The translations under genes were made by a program, and so were the position numbers. A stretch of DNA of 64,000 nt from Lama glama (lineage: Eukaryota): assembly GCA_028534125.1 (NCBI GenBank), contig CM052848.1, positions 2,480,001-2,544,000 of the forward strand, read 5' to 3'. Positions 26,560 to 38,286 of the stretch are shown here, one piece after another. Positions within the stretch are counted from its first letter, which is position 1. Each line of letters starts with the position of its first letter. The notes under the pieces were generated by a model, which did no database searches, was not told where the DNA came from, and saw nothing but the letters and a program-made list of their open reading frames with translations.

Positions 26560-28768
26560 TGATTGGCGTTGACGAGAGGCAGTTACAGAGGCGTCCCCTT
26601 CTCGAATAGCTCTCATACAGGCCATGCAGCTAATTTCTCAGTTCTGCCAATGCTTTTATGTGTTCATTTCATATAGACCTTTGGGGACATGGGAAATAAT
26701 TTCTAGCTGGGTCTGCAGAAACAGCAAACACACTGAGACCCCAACACTTGCCAAAATGTCATTTATCATCTGGCCTCCCATGTGCCTCTAATAGTGACAT
26801 GTCTCTTTTGGTCCCTGGATAGAAATATCAGTTTGAGTTCTGTGTCCCGAAATTCTCAGAATTTGTGTATTCCCTTTGTCCAGTAAGCAGTTACCTGAGT
26901 AAATGGCCATGGGTCTATGTGGGGAAGGACCGTGGGAATCATTACTTTGTACATTAACTGCAGCATTGTAATGTCTTTCCCCCAGTGCTTCCAAGAGCCA
27001 TTGGGTTATGGATCTGGAAAACTGGACTTAATCTGGAAAATAAATTCAAATGTATGACTTGTTTGGCAATGACTTCCCTCAACTCCTTCATGAACTATCT
27101 TTGATTTATTTTTATGATTCTGTTTTCCTTATACCTGCAGCAAGGTTTCTCAAACTCAGACCTATGGGCATTTCATGTGGTCTGGGTAATTCTTTCTTAC
27201 AGGATGCTGTCCTTTGCATTGTGGGGCGTTCGTTCAGTGGTATCCCAGCCTCTACCACCTAGACACCACTGACACAGTTCTTCCAGTTTTTACAAACAAA
27301 GATATCCTTAGACAGTGTCAAATGTCCCCTGGGCTGCAAAATTCCTCCCGGTTGAAGATCACTTCCCTAGGGACTTCAAGTGTTTTTAAGCATCTTCACA
27401 GGTCCCTCAGACCCTCCTTAGACTGTATCAGGCATCCTCCAGCTTCCTTTCAGACAGTCTTACTTATTATGATGATTAACACTTCCTGGTCGTCACCTGT
27501 GTCCTATTTTTTCACAGTCTTATTATCCCAGTTGCCATGCACAAGCCCACTGCTGCAACAGTGTCTCTTCCTGCCCGTGCTGGTCTGTAGAAGACACCCA
27601 CGGAGCTGTGTAACAGTCCTTGTGCCCCCATCAACAGCACATCTCATCATTTGGATAAACCACAGACCCTCTCATCCTCCCTGAGTTTTCCAGTCTTGTG
27701 TTCTTTGCATTTCTTCATCACTTAGCATGAGTCATCACTTTCCCCAAGCTTCCAAAAAAAAAAAAATCTTAGAAGTATGTCAGCACCATTTCCAAATACC
27801 TTGCCAAGATGGTAAATCCTATGTTATGGAAGGGTGGCCGCCATATCTATAAATTCTTCTTTTTTTCGACTTTATGTTCTCCCTAATCCCAGCATCCCCA
27901 GAAGCTAATCCTATAAGACTCTCCTAACTTCCTATATTGGCTGAGCCCAGCATCAAATTCAGGATGTAGTTGCCTTCCCTCTTTAGTAAGCCCTGCAATT
28001 CCTCCACTTGGTTATTTTGTAACCTAATCTTATTTATTGATCTCATGAACTGAAGGGTGCCTGTTTTCTTGGAAGGTAGTGACCCCTACGTTTAATTTAA
28101 GAAAGGGAGGTGCTCTGACATTTAACAGGGAGTAGTGGGCCTCTTGCATAAACCCTGAGTCTTCAGGAGTATTTGAGTATTTAATATTATGGAGTGCATT
28201 TACCCAGATAACCCTATCACATACTTCTGGGCCTCACTGCTTCCTAATTAGGAACCTGATCTTAGTGAGGCAGACATTCCAGGTTTGAGAATTCAGCCTC
28301 CTCTATAGCTTTGCTATTATTATGCTGAAGTTCTTGGCTTGACCCCAAGCTTTTTTTTCCTTCCTGTTTTCCAGCTGTTGGAAAAGATAATTTCAGTTTT
28401 GCCACCGAAGAAGCCCTCTAGCTTTCATTGTGAGCTTTCAGATGGTAATTGATCACCTTCTGCCTTTTATTTTCTTTCTCCGATGAATCGATAGTCCCTA
28501 GTAAGAACCATTCAATTCCACTATCCTACCCCATTTAATACTTTAAAGGGATTTCTTAAACACCTGAGATGTGCCCTCCTGATGTTCATGGCCCTTCTGG
28601 GTTTACCCGGGCGGAGGTTCCAACAAGTGCGCTGAAATTACATGCGAGGCACTCACCGTGTCCTACATTCTGACAGTGATGGAGTTCTCTTCGCCTGCTG
28701 GCTGGTGGCCGATCCTGCTCCAAATTTCCATTTTCAAGTCCTCTTCCTCAGGCCTTCTTGGCACCAAC
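26560..28768 (-). mobile_element. ERVL-class internal region (ERV3-16A3/ERVL-E-like), decayed gag-protease
   Basis: Minus strand 26930-26640 reads VLPHIDPWPFTQVTAYWTKG...RDTELKLIFLSRDQKRH...GGQMINDILASV...WQN, with stops and frameshifts, collinear with ERVL protease (LPQRDLRPFTRVTVHWGKG...LDTGSELTLIPGDPKRH...GGQVINGVLAQV); PBS-like TGGTGCCAAG next to the LTR at 28757-28766. Confidence 0.75.
27142..27366 (-). mobile_element. MER20 hAT-Charlie MITE, near full length, inserted in the ERVL
   Basis: 'ggtttctcaaactc...gctgtcctttgcattgtgg...atcccagcctctaccacctagac...caaatgtcccctgggctgcaaaattcctcccggttgaagatcact' matches reverse-complement MER20 with degenerate TIRs. Confidence 0.85.
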
Positions 28769-29200
28769 TATCTTAGGTCAGGTTTCCCGGGAAGGATTTC
28801 GAAGTTCAGATTTGTGGACAAAGGTGACCGAGGAGTACTCTGGGATTAACTACAGTAGGAGAGTGAAGGGAGTGGGTAGATCAGGGCAGAGGGAGACGTG
28901 GCCGCCACAAAGCCTTCAGCTGGTTCCATGGAGAATTCTGGAGTGGGATTAACCTTTGCAGATGTGCTTACTTAAAGCAAAGAAGCTAAGCCTTTATCCC
29001 CTGCATTGACCCATCACTGGGAGTAGGATGACCTTTATCAAGGGGGCATAACCTTGGGCTCTTCTGAAAAGTGTAACTTCCAGGAGAGACTCAGCTGACA
29101 TTCTGTAATGCCACCAGCTCCAGAAATGGGGAGAATGGGAATCTCAGTCCCGACGTGAGGCGAGGTGGCCTCTCTGTGGTACCCGACAGCATCCGGTGTG
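28769..29200 (-). mobile_element. LTR16-family ERVL LTR (5' LTR of the provirus)
   Basis: 'tatcttaggtcaggtttcccgggaag...gggcagagggaga...ccatggagaattctggagtggga...gcctttatcccctgcattgacccatcactgg...ggggcataaccttggg' fits antisense LTR16 and abuts the PBS. Confidence 0.75.
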
Positions 29201-29389
29201 CTCCGTAAACCACCTGTTCCCCAGGCTTCAGTGAACTAGACGAAAGAGACATTTTTGGCAGGGGGTGGGTGGTTTCTTGGCATCTAGACTGAAGCCAATA
29301 TATATATTTTTTTAATGTCTCAGACTCAGTTCTGCCTAAAGACAGTTTCCAGACGTGACCAACTCAGGAACAGTGCTAGCGAGATCACT

Positions 29390-30060
29390 GGCTGCCGGCT
29401 CACCTCCCCCTGCCCCCTGCATTAATTTTGTTGTTTACCACGTTCGAGTGCAATTAATCTGTGATGAGCCTTTCAGCGGCTGCTATAAATAGTGACTTCC
29501 CTAAGTAGCAACTCAGAAACTTTTCGCTTTGAAGTGACCCAAAAGACAGTAATAGGAGCTTGAGAAATATGTTCTGTATTGGTATGTCCCTGAGCATTTG
29601 CTGCCATAAATAATATATGATCAGTCTCCCACGTTGACTGTAAATTATTAAGCGGTCTGTGATACTTCTGAATTTACATTTAAATTTAAATTTAGTTGCA
29701 ATAAACTCAGCACACGTGCACGCCCCTGTGCGTGCGTACACACACACCTACACTCCCGGGTAACAGGTAATCTCTGCAGCAGGAAGCAATCTACTAGTAG
29801 CAGGTGGATTACGATGTTTTTAAGCGTTCTATTCAATTGTACTGAGATAAACATTTTAAAATTTTTTTCAAGGAATATTTAATAACAAGGTAGATAACAT
29901 GTGCTTACCTAACATGAAATTTTGTATCACTGAAGCTAAAGCAACACATCCTGTTCTTTGGATAAATACGGCCTGCCGTATTGGGTGCACGCTGCAGGGC
30001 AATTAAAAAACATGGTAATTATAATTTCAGAACTTCAGAATTTGAATAGACGCCGAACCC
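29390..30060. promoter_or_regulatory. Candidate enhancer / conserved non-coding element
   Basis: Repeat-free and motif-dense: FOX TGTTTAC (29432), ATTAAT twice, perfect MEF2 CTATAAATAG (29483-29492), posterior HOX/CDX GCCATAAA (29603) and GCAATAAA (29698), E-box CACGTG (29713). Function is inferred only. Confidence 0.4.
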
Positions 30061-31729
30061 CTTTCAAAATCATTTGAAGTTTGGACAAAAATCCCATCGC
30101 TGTATTCTTAAGATCACTCTGTAGCCTTCATGACTCAGATGATACAAGGGAAGCTTCTGTTCAACCTTTTGGAGAAGACATTCCGGCTCTCATGATCTCA
30201 TCAGCCGGGAGTGCGTTGGTGGCAGTGACAGTGCAGGAGCGAAGCAGCTGTTTCTTTGCACATCAGCTACCCCACGTGCCTACTTCTGCCGCCACCATTG
30301 GCTCCCCTGTGGTCAAGTCCACACCCACAAGTTGTCCTGACTCTGAACGTTCTGCTTGAACTTTAACGCGTGCTTCCTGAAGGTCAAAACCAGAGTTCTG
30401 AGCGAGAACCTTGGGACTCATGAGCAATGCTTCCGCGAAGGACAAACAGGCACACACCCACTCAAGTCAAAGGTGCAGTCAGAGACGGTGTGAGGGCTGT
30501 GAAGATGATCGTGACGGTGGCGGTGCCCTTCCAGGTGCTGGCGCAGTGGAAGGGGCAGGGCAGGAGCCCTGGTTAAATAAAAACCCAGCAGAAAGGGCAG
30601 GGCCTGCCCAACTCGAGGTTCAAGATGAACATTTTTTTAAATGAAGGTTCATTTCAGTGGCCATGTTACCATTTGGGATCTTATTGACCTTTCTCATCCG
30701 TGCAATGCATTTTCATTTTAAACCAGACCTGGAAAACACACATTAGTTTCCATGCCAATGTTTTATATTAGTTCTGCCTTAATGGACCAGGTCATCTCTA
30801 ATTACTAATTTTGTTGTTCTTTCCGATCTCATTCTTTCTCTTCTGCTGAGAACGTTTTTCTCTGACTCCTGCCCCTTCGTTCCCCCTTTTCACAATAACC
30901 GATTGGTCCACTTGCCTTACTGGATTGAATAACAGGTCAAAGTATCTAACACCTTTGTATCACTGTGGTGAAACTATTTATTGTGCATAAAATATTCTTG
31001 TCACACCAAATATTTTTATCTACTTCCTGGGTTAGGCCCACCAGGCACACACAGAGCACAAATTCTCTGAAATGATAAAAAGTGAACAGCTTACCATGCT
31101 GCCTCTGGGATGTTTTCTCACCTGAGAGATGCCTGCACACGCTACAGCTTCCGCCCCCTGAAGCAACGAGAAGGGGATCATACAGGTTCCCCGATAAAAT
31201 GCCATCAGCATCCAGTGAGATCCCAGTTTCTTATTTCCCACTCCATCCCTCCAAGTTCCTATCCGCTTTCTTGGCACATTGTCCCAGTGATGGTTCAATG
31301 CCTACACCATGCCCAGGAGAGATTCATGACTCGCTCATCTGTCTTGACTCAAATTTCCTTCCTCCTCCTGCCTTCCTTAAGAAAAGCCAATTAGCCCCTG
31401 AGAGTAATAGATGACAACGCTTGCAAACTGGAGACCTAATTGTCCCTTTGTGCTTCTGCAGCAATGCCTCGTCTTTCCCCCAAGCTAGCAGTTATTAATT
31501 TTTTTCTCTCTTTTATTAACTTTGTTCCTTGATGGGTCTGATTTGAGCACAAAGAGTGTGTTCTTTCATCATCACGCTTGTCATAATATTTTGTGGAAAT
31601 TACTGACAAGTGGAGTTTTGGCTTTAAATCAAGGATGACAGGTCAGCGGAAAGGGAAGCCCCACTGAAATGATAGCTTTTTATTTTGGGAGATGCACGGT
31701 ACACAAGATACCCAAGAGGAGGCTGGAGT

Positions 31730-31905
31730 GGTGGAGCACACGGGGAAAGCTCTGCGCCCGGGGTTGGCAGAGGTTGGTTACGTGGCTCCTCTAATACCCT
31801 CCCACCGCATCATGCTGGCTTTGCTGCGAGCGTCCTCTGAGCCCCATTTTCTTTATCTGCATCTCATCTCCCTGCTTCATAGACCTATGACTCAGAGCAG
31901 CAATG
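31730..31905 (+). mobile_element. MIR fragment
   Basis: 'gtggagcacacggggaaagctctg...tcctctgagccccattttctttatctgca...cttcatagacctatg'. Confidence 0.45.
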
Positions 31906-31942
31906 ATAAACTTACAACTACAAGTAAAGTTCATAAGGAGAC

Positions 31943-32195
31943 ACATAGCACAGTGGCTCAGAGCACAAGCTTCAGAGCCACACATGAATTTGTATCCATT
32001 TTCTGTGACCTGCCTTAGGCGGTAACCTTGGGCATGATCACTAATTTCGCTGAATTCTAGTTTCCTTAAAGGCTAAAATGCTCTTCATTTCTACCTTGTT
32101 TTCGTATTATTCCAAGAATTGAATGAGACAATGCATGCAAAACACTTGCAAAGTGTTAGCGCACAGTAACTACTCAATGAATGATAATGTTAATT
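31943..32195 (+). mobile_element. MIR SINE, full length
   Basis: 'catagcacagtggctcagagcacaagcttcagagcca...aaccttgggcatgatcactaat...gaattgaatgagacaatgcatgcaaaacacttgc...cacagtaactactcaatgaatg'. Confidence 0.85.
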
Positions 32196-32432
32196 GCAGC
32201 AAGTCTCATTAGGGAGATGGCATTTCACATGACATTTAGCTTCAAGTAGGTAACACAGGGACACCAACTTAGTGACAGCAGCCCCCTATTAATACAGGAT
32301 CATGTACAAAACATCTACATTTCATGTATAATCATGTTTACGTAAAAAAACTTCCTTTTGCACTTATTTTTAATTAAAAATAGAATTTTATCAAATCAGT
32401 GCAGGCGCACTAAAATAATAATCATAAAGCAT

Positions 32433-32888
32433 TATACAATGGAATACTACTCAGCCATAAAAACTGACAACATAACGCCATTTGCAGCAACATGGATGCT
32501 CCTGGAGAATGTCATTCTAAGTGAAGTCAGCCAGAAAGAGACAGAAAAATATCACATGAGATCGCTCATATGTGGAATCTAAGACAAAAACAAACAAAGC
32601 ATAAATACAAAACAGAAATAGACTCACAGACATAGAATATAAACTTGTGGTTGCCAAGGGGGCAGGGGGTGGGAAGAGATAGACTGGGATTTCAAAATTA
32701 TAGAATAGATAAACAAGATTATACTGTATAGCACAGGGAAATATATACAAGATCTTAGTGGTAGCTCACAGAGAAAAAAATGTGACAATGAATATATACA
32801 TGTTCATGTATAACTGAAAAATCGTGCTCTACACTGGAATTTGACACAACATTGTAAAATGATTATAAATCAATAAAAAATGTAAAAA
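32433..32888 (+). mobile_element. Young camelid-type L1, 5'-truncated: ORF2 C-terminus, 3' UTR and A tail
   Basis: Encodes the ORF2p end YTMEYYSAIK...FAATWMLLENVILSEVSQKETEKYHMRSLICGI*; AATAAA and A tail; TSD AAAGCAT at 32426-32432 and 32889-32895. Confidence 0.93.
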
Positions 32889-33208
32889 AAAGCATGTTTT
32901 AAAAACAAACTTTCAGAATAATAGGTACATTTTCACAAATCTTAAAACATTATCAAACTTTCTCAAATTGTCTTGATTCAAAGAGTGAAAACATTGGGTC
33001 TTCATACTCCTTATCTGCCTTCATATAAACCCCCTGAGTTTTCATTTTTGAAGTCTACTTCACAAATGAGGTCTCTCCACTATCAGAGATTGATCCCACA
33101 GCACGGAGACGGGAGAGTGGCAGAAGATCACAGTGCCTGTTTGATAGGACCACCCATTAACGGCTCTTAATTGCCTTGTATTTTGCCCTAACGTCAAACC
33201 CTGAATAG

Positions 33209-33481
33209 ACCTAGTAAACAATCTACGGTTACCGGGGAAAGAGGGCGGGAAGGGATAAACTTGGGAGTCTGAGATTTGCAAATGTTAGCTACTATATATA
33301 AAAATAGATAAAAAAACAAATTTCTTCTGTACAGCACAGGGAACTGTATTCAATACCTTGTAATAACCTTTAATGAAAAAGAACATGAAAACGAACATAT
33401 GTATACATATGCATGACTGGGACATTATGTTGTGCACCAGGATTTGACACACCGTAACTGACTATACTTCAATTTTAAAAA
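33209..33481 (+). mobile_element. Camelid-type L1 3' UTR, intermediate age
   Basis: 'ggttaccggggaaagagggcgggaagggataaacttgggagtctgagatttgc...gactatacttcaatt'; TSD-like CTGAATAG at 33201-33208 and 33482-33489. Confidence 0.88.
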
Positions 33482-34073
33482 CTGAATAGGATGTATGCTA
33501 TTTGAATCTGCTTTTGCATCAGCCTCATAAACCCTGCTTTCTTTGCCCAGTAAGAGCAAAAGACAGTATTTGTGGGAAAAACACCCAGTTGGTGAAAGTC
33601 TTTGTAGAAAGTGGGCCACTTTTTAAGTTAGAGCCCCGCATTTGTAAAAACTTGTCCTTAACTTACTGTTTTCATGATGAGATGAACTAGGAACCAGTGT
33701 GGATGCTCAAGGTATGTTATAACTGTCACGAATGTTCACAACCAGACACTGAAGCAAAACTGAAAATAAAGCCACTATACCTGGCGCAGGGAGGAAAATC
33801 TTTGGAATTCATACTCATGTTATGAAAAGGGGAGAAGCCGGTGGATGGATACAGGGCAATTTAAGGCATAATGCCAACTTAGCAGGGGAGGTAATTTGGG
33901 GTGAAATTTTGTTTTTCAAAATCCTTAGCTAGGTGCTATGTAGGTTATTTAGCATTTCTATGTAAACTGTCATCATGAGCAAAAACATGAAATACCCATC
34001 ATCCCTTTCTCATCCGAATAATCTTAATTTAAATGAGTGTGAGTTGAGGGTAATTATAGTCTTGCCCATGTGC

Positions 34074-34151
34074 AGCATCTCCCGTTTCTAGCATCTCCTG
34101 TTTCTATAATAAACTCATCTCCCGTCTAGTCTATAATTGTAACTCATCTCC
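34074..34151. repeat. Short irregular tandem repeat with a CATCTCC core (4 copies)
   Basis: CATCTCC at 34076, 34092, 34116 and 34145 with related spacers. Confidence 0.75.
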
Positions 34152-34589
34152 AAAGGAGAAGAAAAGCAGCATGAGTTTTGATTGTGGGATAAACATTGTG
34201 TTTGTAGGTGGGAGAATATTATTTGTGGTTCTTGATCTATTTACATGACTATGTGGGAGTCACATTTATATTCTACATCAGTAAGATGTCCCCAAGAAGT
34301 CCTTAAATTTCAACATTTCTTAGACTTCCTAAGGAAGAAACATGCCAGTTTACCCATTACTTCATAATTTGAGGGTCTGCTTTAGACACATTCACTAATC
34401 AGAATTTTATATGCATCTATATTTCCCTAACTATATATATTTAAAAAAAATGAAGTTGAGTGCTTTCTCCTGGGCCATGCATTTTAATGTTAACTGAAGC
34501 AGCAGGAGGAAGTCTGAGCTGGTATTGAAATGCATGGGGCCATTAGTAGGTTGGAATGAAAAGAAAACGTTGATTTTTTCTCCGAGGAT

Positions 34590-34960
34590 CTGGAGTTTGA
34601 GTAACAGGGCAGTCACATGGGTGCTGCATGCCTACATAACTGACCTCCAGTAAAATCTCTGGACTCGTAGGCTAGGGTGAGTTTTCCTGGTTGGCAACAT
34701 TGTGTGTGTGCGTGTCTGTGTGTTGTCACGCATCACTACAGCGAGAATTAAATGCATTCCATGGGCCTCCACTGGAGGGAGACACTTAAAAGTTTGCTAC
34801 TTGTTTCTTCCAGAGTTGGCCGCGTGCATTTTTTTCTTCTCTTTTCTGATTTTAATCTATATTCTTTTGCTCTAATAAAGAGTGAACATGAGTATAACAC
34901 CTTCTGAGTCCTTCTAGAAAACCACGTAACCTGAGGGTTGTTTTGGGGACCCCCGGCAAA
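34590..34960 (+). mobile_element. ERVL-class LTR, 3' half (MER77/MER68-like)
   Basis: 'gctgcatgcctacataactgacctccagtaaaatctctggac...ggtgagttttcctggttggcaac...gtgttgtcacgcatc...ctccactggaggg...aataaa...aacctgagggttgttttggggacccccg'. Confidence 0.8.
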
Positions 34961-35469
34961 GTGGGCTGCTCCCCAATTATGCTGTAGTGGTGCGGATACA
35001 AGTGGGCATGGCAGACAGTTCCGATGTCTGGTCTTCTTTTATGCCACCTGTTCCCCTCTGAGTCCTCTTGAGTCAAGTGAGCCTCTCCCTAAGACCTTAT
35101 TTTTTCATTATTCTCTTCTGTTCTAGGGAGAGAGAATTCAGTTAAGGCTCCAAAATAGAATTTTGAGAAGAAAAACATTGGAATCAATGAAATACCCCAA
35201 ATTGATTATCGCTACTAATCTCCACTTCTGTCTCTCAGTTCATCCTTGCCATCCTCCCCGCTGGCTCTCGAATTCCACCAAATCAGATTAAAATCCCTTC
35301 GCCTGGCTCTCAAGACCACAAAAGTCTGGTTTTCTATTACCTGAGCTGTCTTTTTAAAACCTACTCTCCGATTAGGACTTTTTCCCCCTTAGGAAGCATG
35401 GCTTGCCCACCTCTCCATGACTACGTTAATTCATTAGCTCAATTATACACCCAACTAGTCTCCTAATGA

Positions 35470-35630
35470 AAATCCATTCATTAGGTTACAGTTATGTGCC
35501 ATAAACATTGTTCGATATTGTAGATACACAAATGAATCTCTCCTGCTTTCATGGAGTTTACAGACATTTAATGAATTTACAAATAGTTAATGCTTTACAA
35601 TTAAGAGAATTCTTTAAAAAGAAGCTAATT
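35470..35630 (-). mobile_element. L2 3' fragment
   Basis: 'ccattcattagg...tatgtgccataaacattgttcgatattgtagataca...tcctgctttcatggagtttaca'. Confidence 0.5.
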
Positions 35631-36590
35631 TCGCCTAAACTTCCTTGTCTTATATAAGTACCCTGTGCTTATATGTGTATTTCTTTTCCCTACCAATCAA
35701 CATCCTCCCACCTACACTGGTGGAATTACCAGCTATTGATAGATGTGGTATTTGAAATTATTCTAAGAAATGCCAGAAAATGCAGACACTTCTGGGCAGT
35801 GTAATTTAGAGTGAGATCTCATGTATTTGCTAAAGTGGGGAGTAAAGTAAAGGTCTGTCAAAGAGGCACAGATACCATCTAAGACATCTTCACTGTGGGA
35901 TACCTCCTCCCAGTTCTCTCCCACGTCACACTTAGCAACAGGCTGCAAAATGTTCCTGCCCAGTGACCCTCTTAGAAATAAGATACAGTGTGAACCCCAG
36001 TGTCTTGCTCTTGCCTTAACTAAAGCAATTAAAGTTGTTTAATGATTTTTTTTACTGCATATGTTGGAACAAAGTGCTATTTTATTGTTTTACTGCTTGT
36101 GTTGTATTGTTCTGTGATTATAACATCTGACTTTGACATGAGATCAAAATTATTAAGCATGTGTGAGTCTGCAACTCAAATTCTGCTACACACACGCATA
36201 CGCCCACCCCCACACACACGCACTCTGATATAATCTGGTTTAAACAATTCTTCCTTGTCCATTTATAGGAGAGTCAATGCAACTGCTTAATCACATGCCT
36301 CACTGCATCCCCACATTGGTTATATTTTAGGTATTCTGAGAATTAGAAAGTTGCCAACACCTTGGTATCTGGCAAGCTCTCCGTGTACTTTAAATGTTTG
36401 CGTAACACCCAGACCAGGATAAAGTAGGACAAATTTCAAATTCAGATTAGGACCCACAATCCTAATTTGTGAACACTAAGGAGAATCTTAAAGATTTCTT
36501 ATCTTTTTTCTCTTTAAATACAGCACCCCCAAGAACAGCAAAATAACCACAGTAAAGGGAACAGACTCATTACTGTTCATACACTTACTC

Positions 36591-37020
36591 ATTTTTTTTA
36601 TTGAAGTAATGTTGATTTACAGTGTTGTGTTGATTTCTGGTGTACGGTCTAGTGATTCATTTATATATATATGTGTGTGTGTATGTATGTATGTATGTAT
36701 ATATATATATTCCTGTTCATTGTAGGCTATTACAAGGTACTGAATGTAGTTCTCTGTGCTCTACATTAGGACCTTGTTGTTTGTCTGTTTTATATATAAT
36801 AGTTTGTATCTGCAAATCCCAAACTCCTAGCTTATCCCTCCCACCCCCTCCCCTTTGGTAACCACAGGTTTGTATTCTATGTCTGCGAATCTATGTCTGT
36901 TTTGTCAGTAAGTTCATTTGTGTCATTTTTTTTATTCCACATCAAAAGTGATATCGTATGGCATTCATCATTCTCTTTCTGACTTACTTCACTTGGTATG
37001 ACCATCTCTAGGTCCATCCA
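36591..37020 (-). mobile_element. Artiodactyl-type L1 3' end
   Basis: T-tail, 'ttgaagtaatgttgatttacagtgttg...ctgcaaatcccaaactcc...gacttacttcacttggtatgaccatctctaggtccatcca'; TSD TCATACACTTA at 36577-36587 and 37021-37031. Confidence 0.9.
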
Positions 37021-37036
37021 TCATACACTTATTTTA

Positions 37037-37257
37037 TTTTTTTAACATTTTTTATTGAGTTATAGTCATTTTACAATGCTGTGTCAAATTCCAGTGTAGA
37101 GCACAATTTTTCAGTTATACATGAACATACATATATTCATTGTCACATTCTTTTTCGCTGTGAGCTACCACAAGATCTTGCATACGTTTCCCTGTGCTGT
37201 ACAGTATAATCTTGTTTATCTATTCTGCATATGCCTGTCAGTATCTACAAATTCCGA
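37037..37257 (-). mobile_element. Young camelid-type L1 3' end
   Basis: About 90% identical by eye to the reverse complement of 32700-32888; TSD AC(A/G)CTTATTTTA at 37025-37036 and 37258-37269. Confidence 0.92.
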
Positions 37258-37299
37258 ACGCTTATTTTAGTAGTTCCCTTTGCAGTAGGAACAGGGCTT

Positions 37300-37440
37300 C
37301 GCTATCAGATGAGGACATTTTACACATTCTGCAGGTGAGGAAACTGGCCCCTACTCAGCAGCAGTGACTGTGAGGCCCAAGTCACATTGCGAGGAATTAG
37401 ATCAAGGCCCTGGGCTCCGACACCAGTGCTCTTTGCATTG
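37300..37440 (-). mobile_element. MIR fragment
   Basis: 'cattctgcaggtgaggaaactggccc...gtgactgtgaggcccaagtcaca'. Confidence 0.55.
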
Positions 37441-37843
37441 CAGCCCACTGCCTTTTGGGGGTCTTTTCATGCTCATTAAGACACAGTTGCACCTTTTTGT
37501 TTCTTATGCTACTCTGATTATCTGCATTGATGTATACATCACTTTAACTCTGCTGCATGAGTATTGACTAAAGAAGCCTGGCAATTTCTTATGGGATTTT
37601 TTTTTTTTCTCAGTGCGTTGGACAACTATAACGGTAAATACTGATGGGGTCGTTTATTTAAAATTCTTATTTGTGTTATTTCTCCTTTCATAAGTAATTT
37701 GTAATGGCTTAAAGGAACACAGACAGTACCACGAGGAGACAGGAATAGAAGAGTAATTTATGAATTACTAATACATAAAAGAAAACCGGCTTCTAAGTGT
37801 CCTAGCCATTAAAGTAAAAAGGGATGTAATAAATTGGTTCTAC

Positions 37844-38286
37844 TTTTTTTCTTTTGTTTTATTGAAGTATAGTCAGTTTATACAATGCTGTGTTAACTTC
37901 TGGTGCACAGCACGGTGATTCAGTTATACATATTGGCCCCTTTTCATATTCTTTTTCATTAAAGTCTGGTATACGGTATTGAATATAGTTCCCTGCACTC
38001 TACAGTAGGACCTTGCTGTTTACCTATTTTATATACAGTAGTTGGTATCTGCAAATCCCAGACTCCTCGTTTATCCCTTCATCCCTCCTCCCTCCCTGGT
38101 AGCCACAATTTTGTTTTCTATGTCTGTGGGTTCATTTCTGTTTTGTAAACAGGTTCATCTCATTTTCTTTCTTTCTTTCTTTCTGTTTTTTTTTTTTAGA
38201 TTCCACTGATAGGTGATGTCATATGGTATTTTTCTTTCTCTCTGGCTCACTGCACTTAGCATGACCGTCTCCAAGTCTTTTCCATG
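37844..38286 (-). mobile_element. Artiodactyl/camelid-type L1 3' end
   Basis: T-tail, 'attgaagtatagtcagttt...ttgaatatagttccctg...ctgcaaatcccagactcc...tagattccac...cacttagcatgaccgtctccaagtc'. Confidence 0.9.

Noticed and set aside
27214-27684. 156-aa ORF
   Set aside because: It lies across MER20 and antisense ERVL sequence; a chance reading frame.
32358-32582. 74-aa ORF with a real protein-like C-terminus
   Set aside because: It is the last 50 or so residues of L1 ORF2p in a 5'-truncated insertion, not a host gene.
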